This document shows, piece after piece, positions 35,156 to 48,095 of a DNA stretch of 64,000 bases. Position numbers and translations under genes: made by a program. Origin of the DNA: Camelus ferus (Eukaryota); the NCBI RefSeq assembly GCF_009834535.1, contig NC_045704.1, positions 34,100,001 through 34,164,000 on the forward strand, in the 5' to 3' direction. The notes under the pieces were generated by a model. It did not search any database. It had not been told where the DNA came from and saw only the letters and a program-made list of their open reading frames with translations. Each line of letters opens with the position of its first letter. Within the stretch, counting starts at the first letter, position 1.

Positions 35156-36814
35156 TCATAAACTCATGATAACTCGATGTCTGGATATGAATAGGCTGTC
35201 TCCTCTGGAAGCTTGTTCTGGAACGTCCAGAGCACACAGTAAATCCAAGGCACAGACAGACTCTCAGGAGGGACTGGGTGAACAACAAAGGTTTTCTGAC
35301 ATCTTTGAAAAACTCTTTTGGACAAATAGGTTTTTCCTCCTTGCTATATAATCCTCCTTTAGATTTTCATGGCATTCTGGAACATTAATGTGGGTCTTAT
35401 TTGTGATTTTTCTTGATCTTCACATCTGCCCTGGAAGGAGAGTAAATCTGGTGTAAAAAGTGCCTGTCTCATACAGGAGGCCCCTGGATGCTCAGAGATG
35501 CAGTTCCTAGGTCGCAGTGTCACAGGAACTAATGGACTCAGTGAGGACTCTGGGCTACCCCACCTTCCCACCCAACCCTGTCCCCTGGGTGCCAGAGATG
35601 CCAACAGGTGCTGGCCAGGTTAAACATTTCTCTGGTGGGTGCTCCGTGGTGACCCAGAGAGAACTGCAGGGTCAAGGGCAACTCCCCCTTCTGTCATGGG
35701 GCTGGAGGCCTTCATGCCTGTGTGCATCCTTCCTCCCATTTGGCTGATCCCCATTTGGAAACAGCAGCCTTGAGTTTGGGGCCCCCATAGGCCCCTGTTT
35801 TTTCATCTTGACACCATCATTTTTGAGATTCAGAAACACCCCTTGCCAGTAGGGCGGCCACCTGCATTGAGCCTCAACCCTGTTAGACTGTGATTCTGTT
35901 GTACCCAAGGCAAGTGGGCAGTCATTGGAGTTATCCTCCCGATCCAACCCTTGTCATGACACCAGGTTTTCATGTCCTTCCACAGGGCCGGAAGATCTTC
36001 ATATAAGCCTGAAGGTTGAGTGGTGAAGGGCACTGGAGTCTTTGAGAGGGAAAGGAGCAGGTGTTCTGTTGGGAAGCACAGAGCCCTTAACCTTGGGAAT
36101 GTGGGAACTGAGCTTTGTTTTCTAGCTCCCATGAAGATACTACTTCTCATGGAAAGGAGGGGGGAAATTCTACTTAAAGGCATTAGCGACTTCTAAGGAG
36201 GCTGGGTCTTGTTAACTGGCTTTGTAAAGAGTTGGCCAGGCTGAAGATCCTCTGACATTTCTACCCCAGCTTCTTATGCGTGGAAGAAAATTCCACCCGG
36301 TGACTTCTTTAACTACAGTGTGACTAATTTTTTAAAGGGGGGAAAAAAACCTGATGTTGAATCCCTGCTGACTCTTCCATGCAGGTGCACTGGCTCTGAC
36401 AGGGGCAGGGGCTGTGACAAAAGTCACCTCCGGTGGCACTGGGGGCTGTTGAGTGCTCCTCTTCTCCTTCTTGGGATCACACAGTCAGGCCAGGCTGGTT
36501 GGTGACAAGACACCACTGAGGCCGCCACCCCAGCGTCCTTCCCAAGGACGTGCCTGGTATCCACCATGGCTGCCTTCTCAGGCAATGAACTCAGGGTAGA
36601 AGAGGGCGGAGGGAAAGGCTTTGGTCGCCAACAGCAAGCCCTTGGCAGCAGGGTCTCAGGAGGCCGAGGGCTCTTGAGTGAAGCACCAGACCTCTCCAGG
36701 AGGACTGATGCCAACAAGAACAGGAAACAAATGGGGCGGCCACGGCTTCTCCGGCTAAATGTTCATTTTCTTATGGCAGTCGGGGCTGGGGAATGATTTT
36801 GGGTTTGGTTTCTT

Positions 36815-37500
36815 TTTAAAAAAAAATATAACTCACATATCATCACAAAATTCACCCTCTTAAAATATACGCCTCAGTGTTTTTTTTTTTTTTACAAGTT
36901 TGTACAACTATCACTACTGTCTAATCCTATGATCCCCCAGAGACTTCTCATCACCCCCCCAAAAGAAATGTCACGCCCCTTAGCAGTCACTTTCCATTCC
37001 TTCCTGGTCCCAGCCTCTGACGACCGCAAATCTTCTTTCTGACTTGGTCGATTTGTTTACTCTTGGCATTTCATAGAAGTGGAATCCTACAATACGTGGC
37101 CTGCTGAGTCTGGCTCCTTTCCCTTAGCACAGTGTTTTCAAGGGTCACCCATGCTGTAGCGTCCATCAGCACCTCGTGCCTTCCTATGGCTGAAGAAATG
37201 TCTGTGGACATTTCAATTGTTTCCACTTCTTGGTCCTTATGAATAATGTTGCTAAGAGCATTTGTGTAAAGGTTTCTTTGTGACATCTGTTTTTAATTCT
37301 CTTGGGCGAATTCCCTTCAGAGTAAAATTTCTGGATCATAGGATAACTCTACGCATCACCTTTTGAGTGATTTCCAGACAGTTTCCAAAGCGACTGCATC
37401 ATTTTACATTTCTGCTGGCGATGTGTGAGTGTTCCAGTTTCTCCACACCCTCACCGACACATGTTATGGTCCATCTTTTTGATTGTAGTTATCCAGGAGG
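36815..37500 (-). mobile_element. L1MB/MC-like 3' end
   Basis: Minus-strand ORF 37071-37286 reads ATAWVTLENTVLRERSQTQQATYCRIPL, resembling the L1 ORF2 C-terminus; flanked by typical L1M 3'UTR. Confidence 0.88.
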
Positions 37501-37659
37501 ATGTGACGTGGAGGTGATGCCTGTGATTAGGATGACGTACGAATTGAGTGGGAGAAACTGGGATGCTGGGAGCATCCCCAGAACATCCCCAGGGGATGTG
37601 GAGACACATTCTGTGCAAAGGTGAGGCAAGCAGCATGTGTGGTTTACTGCTGGCTTGGA

Positions 37660-37745
37660 GCCCAGCGCTTAGAGTGAAGCTGGTAAATAGTAGGCACTCA
37701 AAGTTATCTGTTAAATGTATGATTGACTGAATTAATGAATGAATG
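37660..37745 (+). mobile_element. L2 3' terminus
   Basis: ctggtaaatagtaggcactcaaag...tgattgactgaattaatgaatgaatg. Confidence 0.7.
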
Positions 37746-38494
37746 TCTCAGTCACTGGGGACCCGGTGAGCATGGAGGGACTAGGAGATGGGTCACTATA
37801 TTGTATATTCCCAGAGTGAGCTGGTCCCCTTGGTGTCTCGTCCTCAGTCTCTTTCTTGGGTGGGGGGAGATAGAGCTATTGTCTTTCTTGTAAACAAGGC
37901 GGAGAGGCTGGTGAGGGGTGGGTGGGAAGGGGCCAGGGCTTGAGTTGCAGAAGCAGCGGGCTCTGAATTGCAGCTCAAAGCAACCCCTTGGACAACAGTT
38001 CCAGAGAGGCTTCAGTAACCACTGAACAGTTCGCCTGTTGCACGTGACTTCCCAAATCTGTCTTCCACGGGAACGTTCAGCTCCAGACCGCCTCTCTGTT
38101 GTCTTCTTCAGAGGCAGAGACCGCCATGACCCTTGCTTTCCATGGTGAGGGACAGGGCACCTCGTCCTATCATGAACAAGCCGCCTCCTCCTGGTCCGGC
38201 TGTGTGGGTGCGGGAGGGGAAGCCGAGCCTGCGGGTGTTGTGCTTCCTGAAGCTTGGTGCTGACGAGGGGAAGGATGCTCCAAAGGTCACTTTCTGTGTG
38301 ATTGGCAGAACATTTAGTGTAATAATAATAATAGCACTTCTAGTTACAGGGGTATTTTATACGTGTCAGATTCTGCCCAGGGTGCTTCATAGAATCTGGC
38401 AACTGTTGTTGATTTTCTCCCTGGAGGAGACAGTCCTTCCTTCCTCCTTATTCCTGTTAATAGAGGACCAGAGGATAAAGTGAGCTAGGCACCT

Positions 38495-38830
38495 CATTCC
38501 CTTTTCTCAAAAACTCATCTTCCCAGCATCCTTTGCAGCCAGGGGTGATCACGTGATCCAGTTCTGGCCAATGAGATGTAAGGACAAGTGTGCTGGGTTC
38601 TCTATTAAAAAAGGAGAGCGATATGGGAACAGAAGTCCTCTGTCCTGAGGGTTCAGCACTTAGGACCACTGCAGCTACCTCGTAACTATAATACAGTGAA
38701 AGAAAGCCGGGTGATCACAGAGCCACTGAGCTAACCTGGAAGTGTCTACTCCTGTTGTCTTGTTAGTCAAGAAAAATACATGCTTCTCTGTTTAAGTCAC
38801 AGTAAGTGAGATTTTTCTGTTTCTTGAAGC
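38495..38830 (+). mobile_element. MLT1H/J-like LTR
   Basis: cccagcatcctttgcagccaggggtgatcacgtgatccagttctggccaatgagatgtaagg...tgtttaagtcacagtaagtgagatttttctgtttcttgaagcc. Confidence 0.8.
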
Positions 38831-38849
38831 CAAAAAGCGTAATAGACAC

Positions 38850-39015
38850 ATCTATTTTATCTGCTTAATCTTCATAATCATCCCAAGATATACTTATTTC
38901 CACATTATGGCTGAGAGAATTGACACTCAGGAAGGATAAGTTATTTGTCTAAAGCCACACAGCCAGAATAAACGGATGAGTCAGAATTTGAACGAGGGTC
39001 TGTCTCCAAAGCCCT
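38850..39015 (-). mobile_element. MIR
   Basis: ttaatcttcataatcatccc...aagttatttgtctaaagccacacagcc...agaatttgaac. Confidence 0.7.
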
Positions 39016-39264
39016 TGTTACTTCCATTGTTCCAAACCTCTGTCCGCTCTGGGCTCAGGGTGGGAAAGAAGGTGAGTAATGGCCAGAAGGAGGTTTTGGC
39101 AGAAAGGGAAAACATATCTTGACCTTCTCCACCCGGAAATGTGACCTGGCTCGCCCAGGTTGCTCGTGTTTCTTCCCTCGTGGTGTCAGAGGCTTTGAGC
39201 CCTTCCACAGAGCAGGCCCAGGCCGGCTGGTGGGAATGGCCAGTATACTGTGAAGCACGCACGG

Positions 39265-39350
39265 CTTAGAATGAATAGGCTTGGGCCCAAATCCCAGCTC
39301 TGCCACTGATCAGCTGTGTGACCTTGGGTAGGTGGATACTGACAACAGTT
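39265..39350 (+). mobile_element. MIR fragment
   Basis: aaatcccagctctgccactgatcagctgtgtgaccttgggtagg. Confidence 0.8.
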
Positions 39351-40639
39351 CTGCAGTGAACACTGGTGTCTCTGATTAGCCTGGCGTGGTCACGTGACCT
39401 CCCTGGGATCTGGAGGTGGAGTTGGTCCCACGAGAGTTTTCCTCTGAAAGTGGGGATGGTTTGGTTCCCCATGGAAAGGGGGGTCCTGTATCCAGAAGTG
39501 GGGAATAGATGCAGGAAAAACCCAAAAGATTTTCCCTCCCACACTTCAGAGAGCAGTTGTGAGCATTCGATGAGATAGATACCTCTGTGCAGGTGCCCAG
39601 GACAGTCCTTGACCTTGGGAGGCCCTCAGTAAATGTAATTTGGCCTCTCCCCAGGACTTGGCCTTGCCCTCCCTGAGGTCCTTGGCCTATCCCTCTATGT
39701 CAGCGGGCGTATTTGGGGGGACAGGCCAATCTCCACTGCGCAGCCCCTACCTGTCACCCCAGCCTTTGTCCCTGCACCCAACACGACAATTACCATGTTG
39801 CTTGAGATGAGACTCTAATCCTATTACTCATTCATCAGCCAGCGGAGGAGATCAGCGCTGGATCGAACACTGCCAAGGGGTCCGGGAGAAGCCTTCTCCA
39901 CTGCTGCGAAACTAGGCTTAGCTCAGGCACAATAGGTGTGTAATTTAAGGTTTTGTTGAGCTGAAATCCAATCACATACTTGACTGGTGGGTCGCAGAGA
40001 CTCACAGGCTAAAAGAATGAGGTAATTCCACCTCACACAAACACTGGGATTCGGCTGTGACTTAATGACAAATGTGTGGCCAACCTTACACTGTTTCATT
40101 CTCTCCTCCCCCGTCTTTTTTTGTTTCAATGTGTTTCCACCTCCTTCCTCTTTCTCCTCCATTCCATCCCATCTCCTGTACCATCCAGAGATGGAATGGG
40201 ACTCAGCAAAGTCCTCGAGCTAGAAAATAAAGGTGGATGAGCAGGAGGATGCTTTATAAATGGGGGTCATCAGATGGGACGCGCTCACATTCATTTTATT
40301 CCTTTAATTAAAATGATTACATGGAGGTGAGAGATGGCTTCCACGGATGGATTTATTCTAATTCCTACTGGCCTTGGCTCTTCTGTTCCCGGAGAGGCTT
40401 AGATGAGAAGGGGCAGCAGGCCAGAGAGGCTTACGGTCCTACATAGGAACCATTCCCTTTATTCATTCAGTGCTTTTTGTCTTGTGAGCATTGCTCAGTG
40501 TGGGCTGCAGAAGGGTTGTAAGAAGAAATATTGGATATAGTTTTTGACCTCCATTACGTGATGTTAGAGCTGTTTACATAATTAGAGATAACACTGTAAA
40601 TGGGTTCACTTAACTGAATGAGTTCACGCAACTTACATT

Positions 40640-40960
40640 TATTCACTCCCCAAACATGTATTGAATGGATACCACATGCCATGCACTCTGGTAGCACTGG
40701 GTGATGCTCTGGTGAATAAAGGCATTAAACAAATAGGCCACAAACAGCATGTAACTAGGAATGATGGAGAGTACTCTCTTGGAAGTGAAAAGGATGCAGT
40801 GGTGGAGGATGAGAGGTAGTGGTTAGTGAAGACTTCTCTGAGGAAGGGACGTTTAAATTGAGACCTGAAAGATGAAAAAGAGGCATTTATTCCAAGATTT
40901 GGGGGAAGAGCTTTGGAGTCCATGGCTAAGGCCTACATGGGAGACAGCAGGGCGAGCCAG
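40640..40960 (-). mobile_element. L2 LINE
   Basis: ttattcactccccaaacatgtattgaatgg...gaagacttctctgaggaagggacgtttaaattgagacctgaaagatga. Confidence 0.8.
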
Positions 40961-41449
40961 AAGGCCTGCGTTCAAGCTCTGCCCGCCATTTACATGTGCC
41001 ATATGCCAGGGCAAGCCATTCATCTTTCTGAGTCTCCACTTCTTAACCTGCTCTGCTTAACTTCCTGAAGTCTCTGCGAGGTCCCACTGTGATCCCACCG
41101 TGTCACTCTGAAAAGTGACACGCAGAACGTAATGGGAAGGAAGATGATTAAACTCATGTTTCTTCATCTAATGGGCATACTGGGTGTAGGGAGTGTTGTC
41201 CCCAGAAATGGTGGCGGCTTGGGACCAGTCTGTGGAATGGGTTTCCACTGAATTTTCTTTCTTGGAACTTCTGCGTATGTCTGTCCTGGGCTGGTATTTT
41301 CGAGAGAAATATTTTCTGTTCGTAGAGAGTTGACCTGAGGTTTCAAGTGAGATTCCAGGGTCGTAGCCTCTAGGAGTTAATTTGAGATGAACTTGACCCT
41401 CATCACTCCTGCTCTGACCCATCAGGGGGCTGACTTTGTAGCCAGCGTT

Positions 41450-41625
41450 TATTTTTCATCAACTAAGTGGCAGATATGGTGCCAAATACCTTACTTACAT
41501 CATCTCATGTCATCTTTACCAAAACCTTATTTTTAAGACAAGGAAACCAAGGCTCTTAGAGGTTAAGATGATTTACTCCAGGTTGCCCAATTAAGCCAGT
41601 GGTAGAGCTGAGATGTGAATGTTTC
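41450..41625 (-). mobile_element. MIR
   Basis: aaggaaaccaaggctcttagaggttaagatgatttactccagg...tggtagagctgagatgtgaa. Confidence 0.7.
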
Positions 41626-41889
41626 TGGCACCCTTGTTACTGTTCCGAGCACTGGCAGTGATAGCTTCCACCTGCTGAGTGCTGACTGTGTGTCGTGACT
41701 ATGTTGTCATTGAGAAGTCAGTTACTGTTCTGGTAGCTGCTCCTTAGGAGGTAATATTTCTTTTATTTCAAGGTGATCTTAAGACCTTCTTTTTTGTCAT
41801 CGGTGTTCTTCCGCTAAGATATGTCCTGGCATGGATGCTTACTCATTTATTCTGCTTGGGATTCCTGAATCTGAGGGGGTTCTACTCTA

Positions 41890-42222
41890 TCTGTGTCACC
41901 GACGAGTTCTGATGTTGAAATCTAACACCCAGTGTGATGGTGTTTGAAGGTGGGGCCTTTGGGGGGGCTCCGCCCTCATGAATGGGATTAGTGCCCCTAC
42001 CAGAGAGGCCCTGGAGAGATCCCTCATCCCTTCTGCCATGTGAGGACACAGCGAGAGGGTAACCGCCTTCGAACCAGGAGGCGAGCTCTTAGCAGGCACT
42101 TAGAATCTGTCAGCAATTTGATCTTGGACTTCCCAATCTCCAGGACTCTAAGAAATAACTATTTGTTTATAAGCTACCTAGTCTCTGGTATTTTGTTATG
42201 GCAGCCTGAACAGAGTAAGACC
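41890..42222 (+). mobile_element. MLT1A-like LTR
   Basis: gttgaaatctaacacccagtgtgatggtgtttgaaggtggggcctttggg...gccatgtgaggacacagcgagagg...ttgatcttggacttcc...ggtattttgttatggcagcctgaacagagtaagac. Confidence 0.88.
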
Positions 42223-42239
42223 TGAGGACCGGTGACGTC

Positions 42240-42850
42240 CATCAATTCTGGAAACTTCTCAGCCATTTTTATTTGAATATTGCCTCCCCTCTAATTTCTT
42301 ATCCCCTCTTTCTGGAACTCAGAGTAGATGTCTGCTAGACCTTTCCCCTTTATTTTCCCCATTTTTAAACCTCTCTTCCAAAATTTCCACCTGTATTTCT
42401 CACTGTGTTGCAGTAGAGTAATTCCTTCAGACTTGTCGTCCGGTTCACTAATTTCCCCTCAGCGGTGTCTAATTTATTCAAGTCATCCAGTTCCTTTTGA
42501 AAATTGAAGTATAACTTATATGGAGAGAAGTGCAGAAATCAGAGGTTTACAGCATGATGAATTTTCCCGAAGTGAATGTACGTACATAACCACAACCTCG
42601 GTGAACAGTCAGACCACCAGGAGCTCCCCCGCTCCCTTCTTACCACCACTCACCTTCTCCACAGAAACCACTCTTTGATTTCCACCACGATAGATGGTTT
42701 TGGCTGTTTTCACCTTTCCCTAAATGGAATGACACAACATGTACCACTCCGGGTCTGACTTCCTTCGCTCAACAGTACATTTTTGAGATTTGTCAATGTA
42801 GTTGTGTGTATCCTCTACTTGGAAAAGTTCCATTTCGTTCTAAAAACATA
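42240..42850 (-). mobile_element. Old L1M fragments
   Basis: tctggaaacttctcagccatt...; aattgaagtataacttatatggagagaagtgcagaaatcagagg...ttttgagatttgtcaatgtagttgtg. Confidence 0.7.
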
Positions 42851-43659
42851 CTCAACCTGCTTGGCTTTATATTCTGTTTCTGTCCATTCGTATATCTGCA
42901 GACGTCGCAGGTCTTATTCTCATGGTGGTTTGTTTCCTTGTGATTTAGTTGGTGGTCATGTTCTTTGGGCCCTTTATCTGCAAGAATGTTTGGAAGCTTG
43001 GTTTGTTGGGCTTTACTTAGAGAAAATCTGCGTTCGCTTCTGCCAAGTTTCCTGATTAGTTGCCAACATGGGAACACGTTAAACCAAATAGTTGGCTTAG
43101 CGCTTTTCATGCCATATATGTGGATACTGTGAGTGGATTTGGACTTCAAACCCATGTAAGCCTCATGACTAAGAGCTTGCGGGGGAGACTGGTAACAGTT
43201 CCATGGTCTTTCTTCTGTAGGGTGGGGGATTGTTTTGTTAACAGCTTTGTTGAGATATGAGGTGATATTTTTTTCCTAATTTACTCACTGGGGTAGACCT
43301 CACCTTCCCAGGGTCCCCAATCTTAACAGCTAGGTCCCAAGTCTTGTCTTCACTTCTCCACACATCAGAGACCCTTTCAAACAAAGACTTAAGTCCACCA
43401 GGTGTTAGCAGCTGCTCCACACGCAAACACAAGTTCATGCCCACTTCATCTCTGTTTTGGAGTGTTCTCCATCTGCTGGTCCTGCCTGCTCACTCATGCA
43501 TTAAAAAATAAAAGCATCTTCTAAAAAAATTTTACCCAACTTTTTTTAGTGTATGGGTATTATGTTGCAGGAAGATTTCTCCTAAACATCTATTCTGTCA
43601 AAATGCTAGACTAGGGAAGCAAGTTCTTCATATGCAGTATCTCTCTTAGTCTTAGAAAC

Positions 43660-43820
43660 ATCCCTTTGAGATTGGTAACCAGAAGTATCCCCTTTAACAG
43701 ATGAGGAAACTTAGACTCAGAGAGGATAAAGAACAATTCAGCATTGCCCAGCTGGTACGTGACAGAGGCAGGATATGAAACCAGACCTGTGTGATTCTGG
43801 TAGCCCCTTGTCTGTAACAA
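43660..43820 (-). mobile_element. MIR
   Basis: tatcccctttaacagatgaggaaacttagactcagagagg. Confidence 0.8.
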
Positions 43821-44689
43821 CTATACCTGCTGAAGTCAGTGCCCAGGGTGACTTAGGGTTCACGCTGGGCCTCGGGGCCGGTAGAACAACCCCATCATGG
43901 AGAGGAACTGGTCTGCTGCCAAGGGTGATGCCTGCAGTGCCAGGCGAACTGCCAAGCTCCAGCATTGAGGCTGAACGCACCATGAAACATCCAGACTTCT
44001 TTGGGAGGTGGGGGTGGCCACACAGAAAAGTGACATTTGCTGAATTGAGCATCTTCAGATATTATGAATGTGCCAGTTCAGATTTGGGAAGCATCCCGGG
44101 GGAAGAAAACTTGGCTAATGGAACATTTCAGGAAGGTTCTTTGAGGGTGGCCCCATAACTAGGCTTCCAGGGTCACTCAGGGGACGTCCGCATGGTGGGC
44201 CTCCTGCCCTTGGAGTGGCCTATGCCCAGCTTCTTTTCTCTCCCAGCCTCACTTCCTAGCCTAGTCTGCTCCGGGGGTCCCAGGGTGCAGCCCCTGCTAC
44301 TTTCTTCTGGCCTTCGATCTGGACTCCTGGGTTCCAGTCCTGGGTAGACAGGGTTTGCACCAGCATCTGGGGTGCCTTCATCTCTTGTGCATCTGTTCTG
44401 GTTGCTGGGAAAGAGCGTGCCAGGCTCTTAGTCCTCTGAGCTTCGGCTTTTTCCTCCAAAGGGAGATTGTTTGCATGTTAGTCAGAAAAGGGGTTCGAAG
44501 AGTTGAAAGCATAGACGTTAACTCCTGTGGAGCATTTGCTGTGTGCTGAGCACTTGTTCCATAGTAACAAGCAGGTGTTATTTTTTCTAGATATACTTTT
44601 TCTAGTCTTGACTGCCATTAGCATCTACTCTAATTTTATATCAAGTTTCACAGCACTGTTTGGGGGTTACATGGGATGTGCAGTGCAGC

Positions 44690-44850
44690 TTGGAGGGTCA
44701 GAGCACTGGTTCTGGAGTCAGTGGTGACTGGGCTCAAGTCCCAGCCTTACTGTTTTCTCCCTGTGTGACTGTAAGTCTAGCTGAGTCTCAGTTTCCCCAT
44801 CTGCAAAATGGGGCAAGGAATAGTGGCTACCCCAGATAGCTGACCGGAGT
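44690..44850 (+). mobile_element. MIR
   Basis: tctggagtcagtggtgactgggctcaagtcccagcc...tctcagtttccccatctgcaaaatgggg. Confidence 0.8.
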
Positions 44851-45039
44851 GTGGCAGACACTAGGAGGTCACCTGTAGTCAGTTTCCCTACTCTCCAGTG
44901 GCTGAGTGTCTCCTGGCCTGTGAGGAGGACAGTCCCAAGAGTTGAAGCCCCAAGGAACAGCCTCAACCAGTGAGACACGGGTGTTGGTAGGTAAGTAGCC
45001 CAGGTTCTTGGCTCTTAGTGGGAGCATCTTGTAGTATTG

Positions 45040-45255
45040 TCTTTCAGAGGGTGCCTGTCAAACTTCAGCCCCAGTTGCCCATATTAATTATTGACTCATC
45101 AAGACACACTCTAGAGATTCTCGTCCCTTCCTCGCCTCTAGAGATTCTCGTCCCTTCCTCGCCTCACCTCCCCACCCCTCATAGTGCCTCCTGAGCTCAC
45201 CTTCCAAATAAACGTGTGCACCCAATCTTGCTCTGTTAGCTTTGCTTCCCAACAA
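45040..45255 (+). mobile_element. ERVL LTR fragment (LTR16/LTR33-like) carrying a 27-bp tandem duplication
   Basis: cctcctgagctcaccttccaaataaacgtgtgcacccaatcttgctctgttagctttgcttcc resembles the LTR16/33 3' end. Confidence 0.6.
45109..45165. repeat. Perfect 27-bp tandem duplication
   Basis: ctctagagattctcgtcccttcctcgc twice, then ctc. Confidence 0.97.
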
Positions 45256-45834
45256 AGCACGTTGTCTGGGAGATGCTCCATGCTCTGTCCTTAGATGTGA
45301 TTCCCTTGCTTGGGGAGACCAGGATCCTGGGCTTATCGAAGTAAAGGAGGTGGTAGTGGGGGCACACCGCTCGTTGTTTGTAAACAGCAGAATCCTTGGT
45401 CCGGTGATGTCATCCTGCACGCCACGATGAAGCTGCCAGCTGGGGGGCCCCTGCGTTCTTGACCCTCACTTCTTGCTCTGTGAGATGAGAAAGTCTTCTA
45501 ACACTTTTTTCTCCTGAAACATTAAAACCTGCAGGTAGCGTGCCGGTGCCCCCAGATGGCAGGCTTTGGCAAGCATGAGTAGGTGGGAGGCCCTTTGCTT
45601 CTTCCCATCAACACAGACATCTCCATCGGGCAGTGGCTTTCTGAACTGCCCCTGAAATGGACGGAGGTGCTCTGAGCTCCGTGAACTGTGGTCAGGACTT
45701 TTGGCCATTGGTCTGGGGCTGGGCAGCAGGTGTCTGTTCTGTGTAGCTGGGGCCTGGAAGAGAGTGACCTTGTCCTCTTCTCTGTGGTTTGCTGCCAGCT
45801 GCTTACTTTTTTAGCTTTGAGAAGTGGGTATTCT

Positions 45835-45950
45835 TTCTACTCCCATTTTACAGATGAGGAAACTGAGGCTCAGAGCAGGAATGTAACTTGCTCCAGGGCA
45901 CCCAGATGGTAATAGAGAGCCCTGATTTGAAGCCAGAATTGGCCTGAGGC
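45835..45950 (-). mobile_element. MIR fragment
   Basis: cccattttacagatgaggaaactgaggctcagagc...taacttgctccagggcacccag. Confidence 0.88.
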
Positions 45951-46559
45951 AAGGGGGAGACACGAGTTACAGGGCGGGGCTCGCATGATGTGGGTGTAAG
46001 CTTGGGGCTTCGTGGTGGAAATTCCTCTCCATCCATTTCCTTGGAGAGGCAGCTGGGGTCTCCAGTGCTTAGCTTTGTGGGCAGTGACTGAATGGGTGTC
46101 TCAGGGAATGGTGAGGTGGGAAAGCCAACAGAGGGGGGCATCGTGCCTCCTTCCTGGGTGGGCACTTCCTTCAAAGCTGGGAGAAGGGAAAGAAAGGTGG
46201 TCCCCAAAGGGACCTCCCAGGCTGTAGGAATCTGCTCCCAGCTGCGTGAGGCTGTGTGAAGGCCTGGGATTTACTGCGGCGCGGCCGGCTGAGGAGGAAG
46301 GCACCAAATCTAACAGGCAACAGGGCACCCCTGCCTACCCTCGTGCGGGGATCGAGCAGCGGGTCTAGGGAGCCAGAGAGAACCAATCACCTGGGGCCTA
46401 TCACGCCAGAACCTGGCCCCCCACAGGGCAGGTCTTGACGATGGAGTCTTCGATGTGGGTGAAGACAGGGCTGGAACTCTTCCCCTGAAATAGGAAATCC
46501 AGCAGCGGTGTGACATTTCATTTGTGGACTCATCATCATCATCACCACCATCACCATCA

Positions 46560-46935
46560 TGATGAAATCAGGGCATTTACTAGGTACCAGATGTCACTCT
46601 AGTGCTTTGCCTGCATTATTTCATTTTAAAGCTCGTAACCTCCCGGTGAGGTCGGCAGGGGCTGCTTGGTCATTCAGCACCTGAATTAGGGAAGATGCTC
46701 CTTCCTGGGAGGATGTGGCCCAGCCCCATCCCTGGCGGCCGAGTGGATGGGGGCTGGATTCCAGCCCCCACCAATCCCCTTGGTTGGGCACCTGGGTGCA
46801 ATCCAGAGACTGCCCAACGGTAGTGACCTTGAAGAAAAGCTGTCACGACCCCCATTTTACAGATGAAGAAACTGAGCCTAAGGATGTATGGCCCAAAGTC
46901 ACACAGTCAGTAAGTGGCTGAGTCAGGATTCGAAC
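46560..46935 (-). mobile_element. MIR in two pieces, preceded by a (CAT/CAC)n run
   Basis: gcatttactaggtaccag...; ccccattttacagatgaagaaactgagcctaagg...cccaaagtcacacagtcagtaagtggctgagtcaggattcgaac. Confidence 0.8.
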
Positions 46936-47232
46936 TTGCCTAAGTCACGAGCCACCAAGATCCGTGTGACGCTACATTTTAGAACCGCCCCCGTTTAATA
47001 AGCACACTTGGGGGTAGCGGTGGGGGAGAGGGAAGGGGTCCATTTATAAAAATGCCTTTCATTAAAACCTTGTAATTGCCAGACTTGTGTAAAAAAAAGA
47101 TAATTTGCTGCAGTTTTAAAGTCATCAGTGGATGGAGAGGGGAAAAAAAACCAAACCCAAACTTGTAAATTCTCTTAGCCTGCTCTCCAACTTTGTTGAA
47201 TTTAGCTGATGTTTTCGGTGTTGACTTTCCCA

Positions 47233-47413
47233 NNNNNNNNNNNNNNNNNNNNNNNNNNNNNNNNNNNNNNNNNNNNNNNNNNNNNNNNNNNNNNNNNNNN
47301 NNNNNNNNNNNNNNNNNNNNNNNNNNNNNNNNNNNNNNNNNNNNNNNNNNNNNNNNNNNNNNNNNNNNNNNNNNNNNNNNNNNNNNNNNNNNNNNNNNNN
47401 NNNNNNNNNNNNN
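47233..47413. other. N-block (181 nt)
   Basis: Run of N. Confidence 0.99.
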
Positions 47414-47433
47414 CAGCAGGCAACGGCTTTCAT

Positions 47434-47605
47434 NNNNNNNNNNNNNNNNNNNNNNNNNNNNNNNNNNNNNNNNNNNNNNNNNNNNNNNNNNNNNNNNNNN
47501 NNNNNNNNNNNNNNNNNNNNNNNNNNNNNNNNNNNNNNNNNNNNNNNNNNNNNNNNNNNNNNNNNNNNNNNNNNNNNNNNNNNNNNNNNNNNNNNNNNNN
47601 NNNNN
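47434..47605. other. N-block (172 nt)
   Basis: Run of N; only 20 called bases separate it from the previous block. Confidence 0.99.
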
Positions 47606-47843
47606 GAGGTTGCGGGGGGCGATGGGGGGTGGGTGATGCAATTTCCTCCCACCTTGCTTCTCTTGTCAGTAAGCCTCACAGCTTCCATCACTTCACCCGG
47701 TGTCCTACAGAGCCCTGGTAATGGTTCAAAAAGAGGTTGTGAACACACTCATTAAAAAGAGACTGCTATGTGTGTTGTTTTTTTTTTTTTTAAAGAAATA
47801 AAAATGTTAATGGTAACTTTTTTTTCCCCTTTTTTCCCCCAGC

Positions 47844-48095
47844 NNNNNNNNNNNNNNNNNNNNNNNNNNNNNNNNNNNNNNNNNNNNNNNNNNNNNNNNN
47901 NNNNNNNNNNNNNNNNNNNNNNNNNNNNNNNNNNNNNNNNNNNNNNNNNNNNNNNNNNNNNNNNNNNNNNNNNNNNNNNNNNNNNNNNNNNNNNNNNNNN
48001 NNNNNNNNNNNNNNNNNNNNNNNNNNNNNNNNNNNNNNNNNNNNNNNNNNNNNNNNNNNNNNNNNNNNNNNNNNNNNNNNNNNNNNNNNNNNNNN
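47844..48095. other. N-block (252 nt)
   Basis: Run of N. Confidence 0.99.

Noticed and set aside
45109-45165. CRISPR-like direct repeat
   Set aside because: Two adjacent copies with no spacer, in a mammalian LTR; it is a simple tandem duplication.
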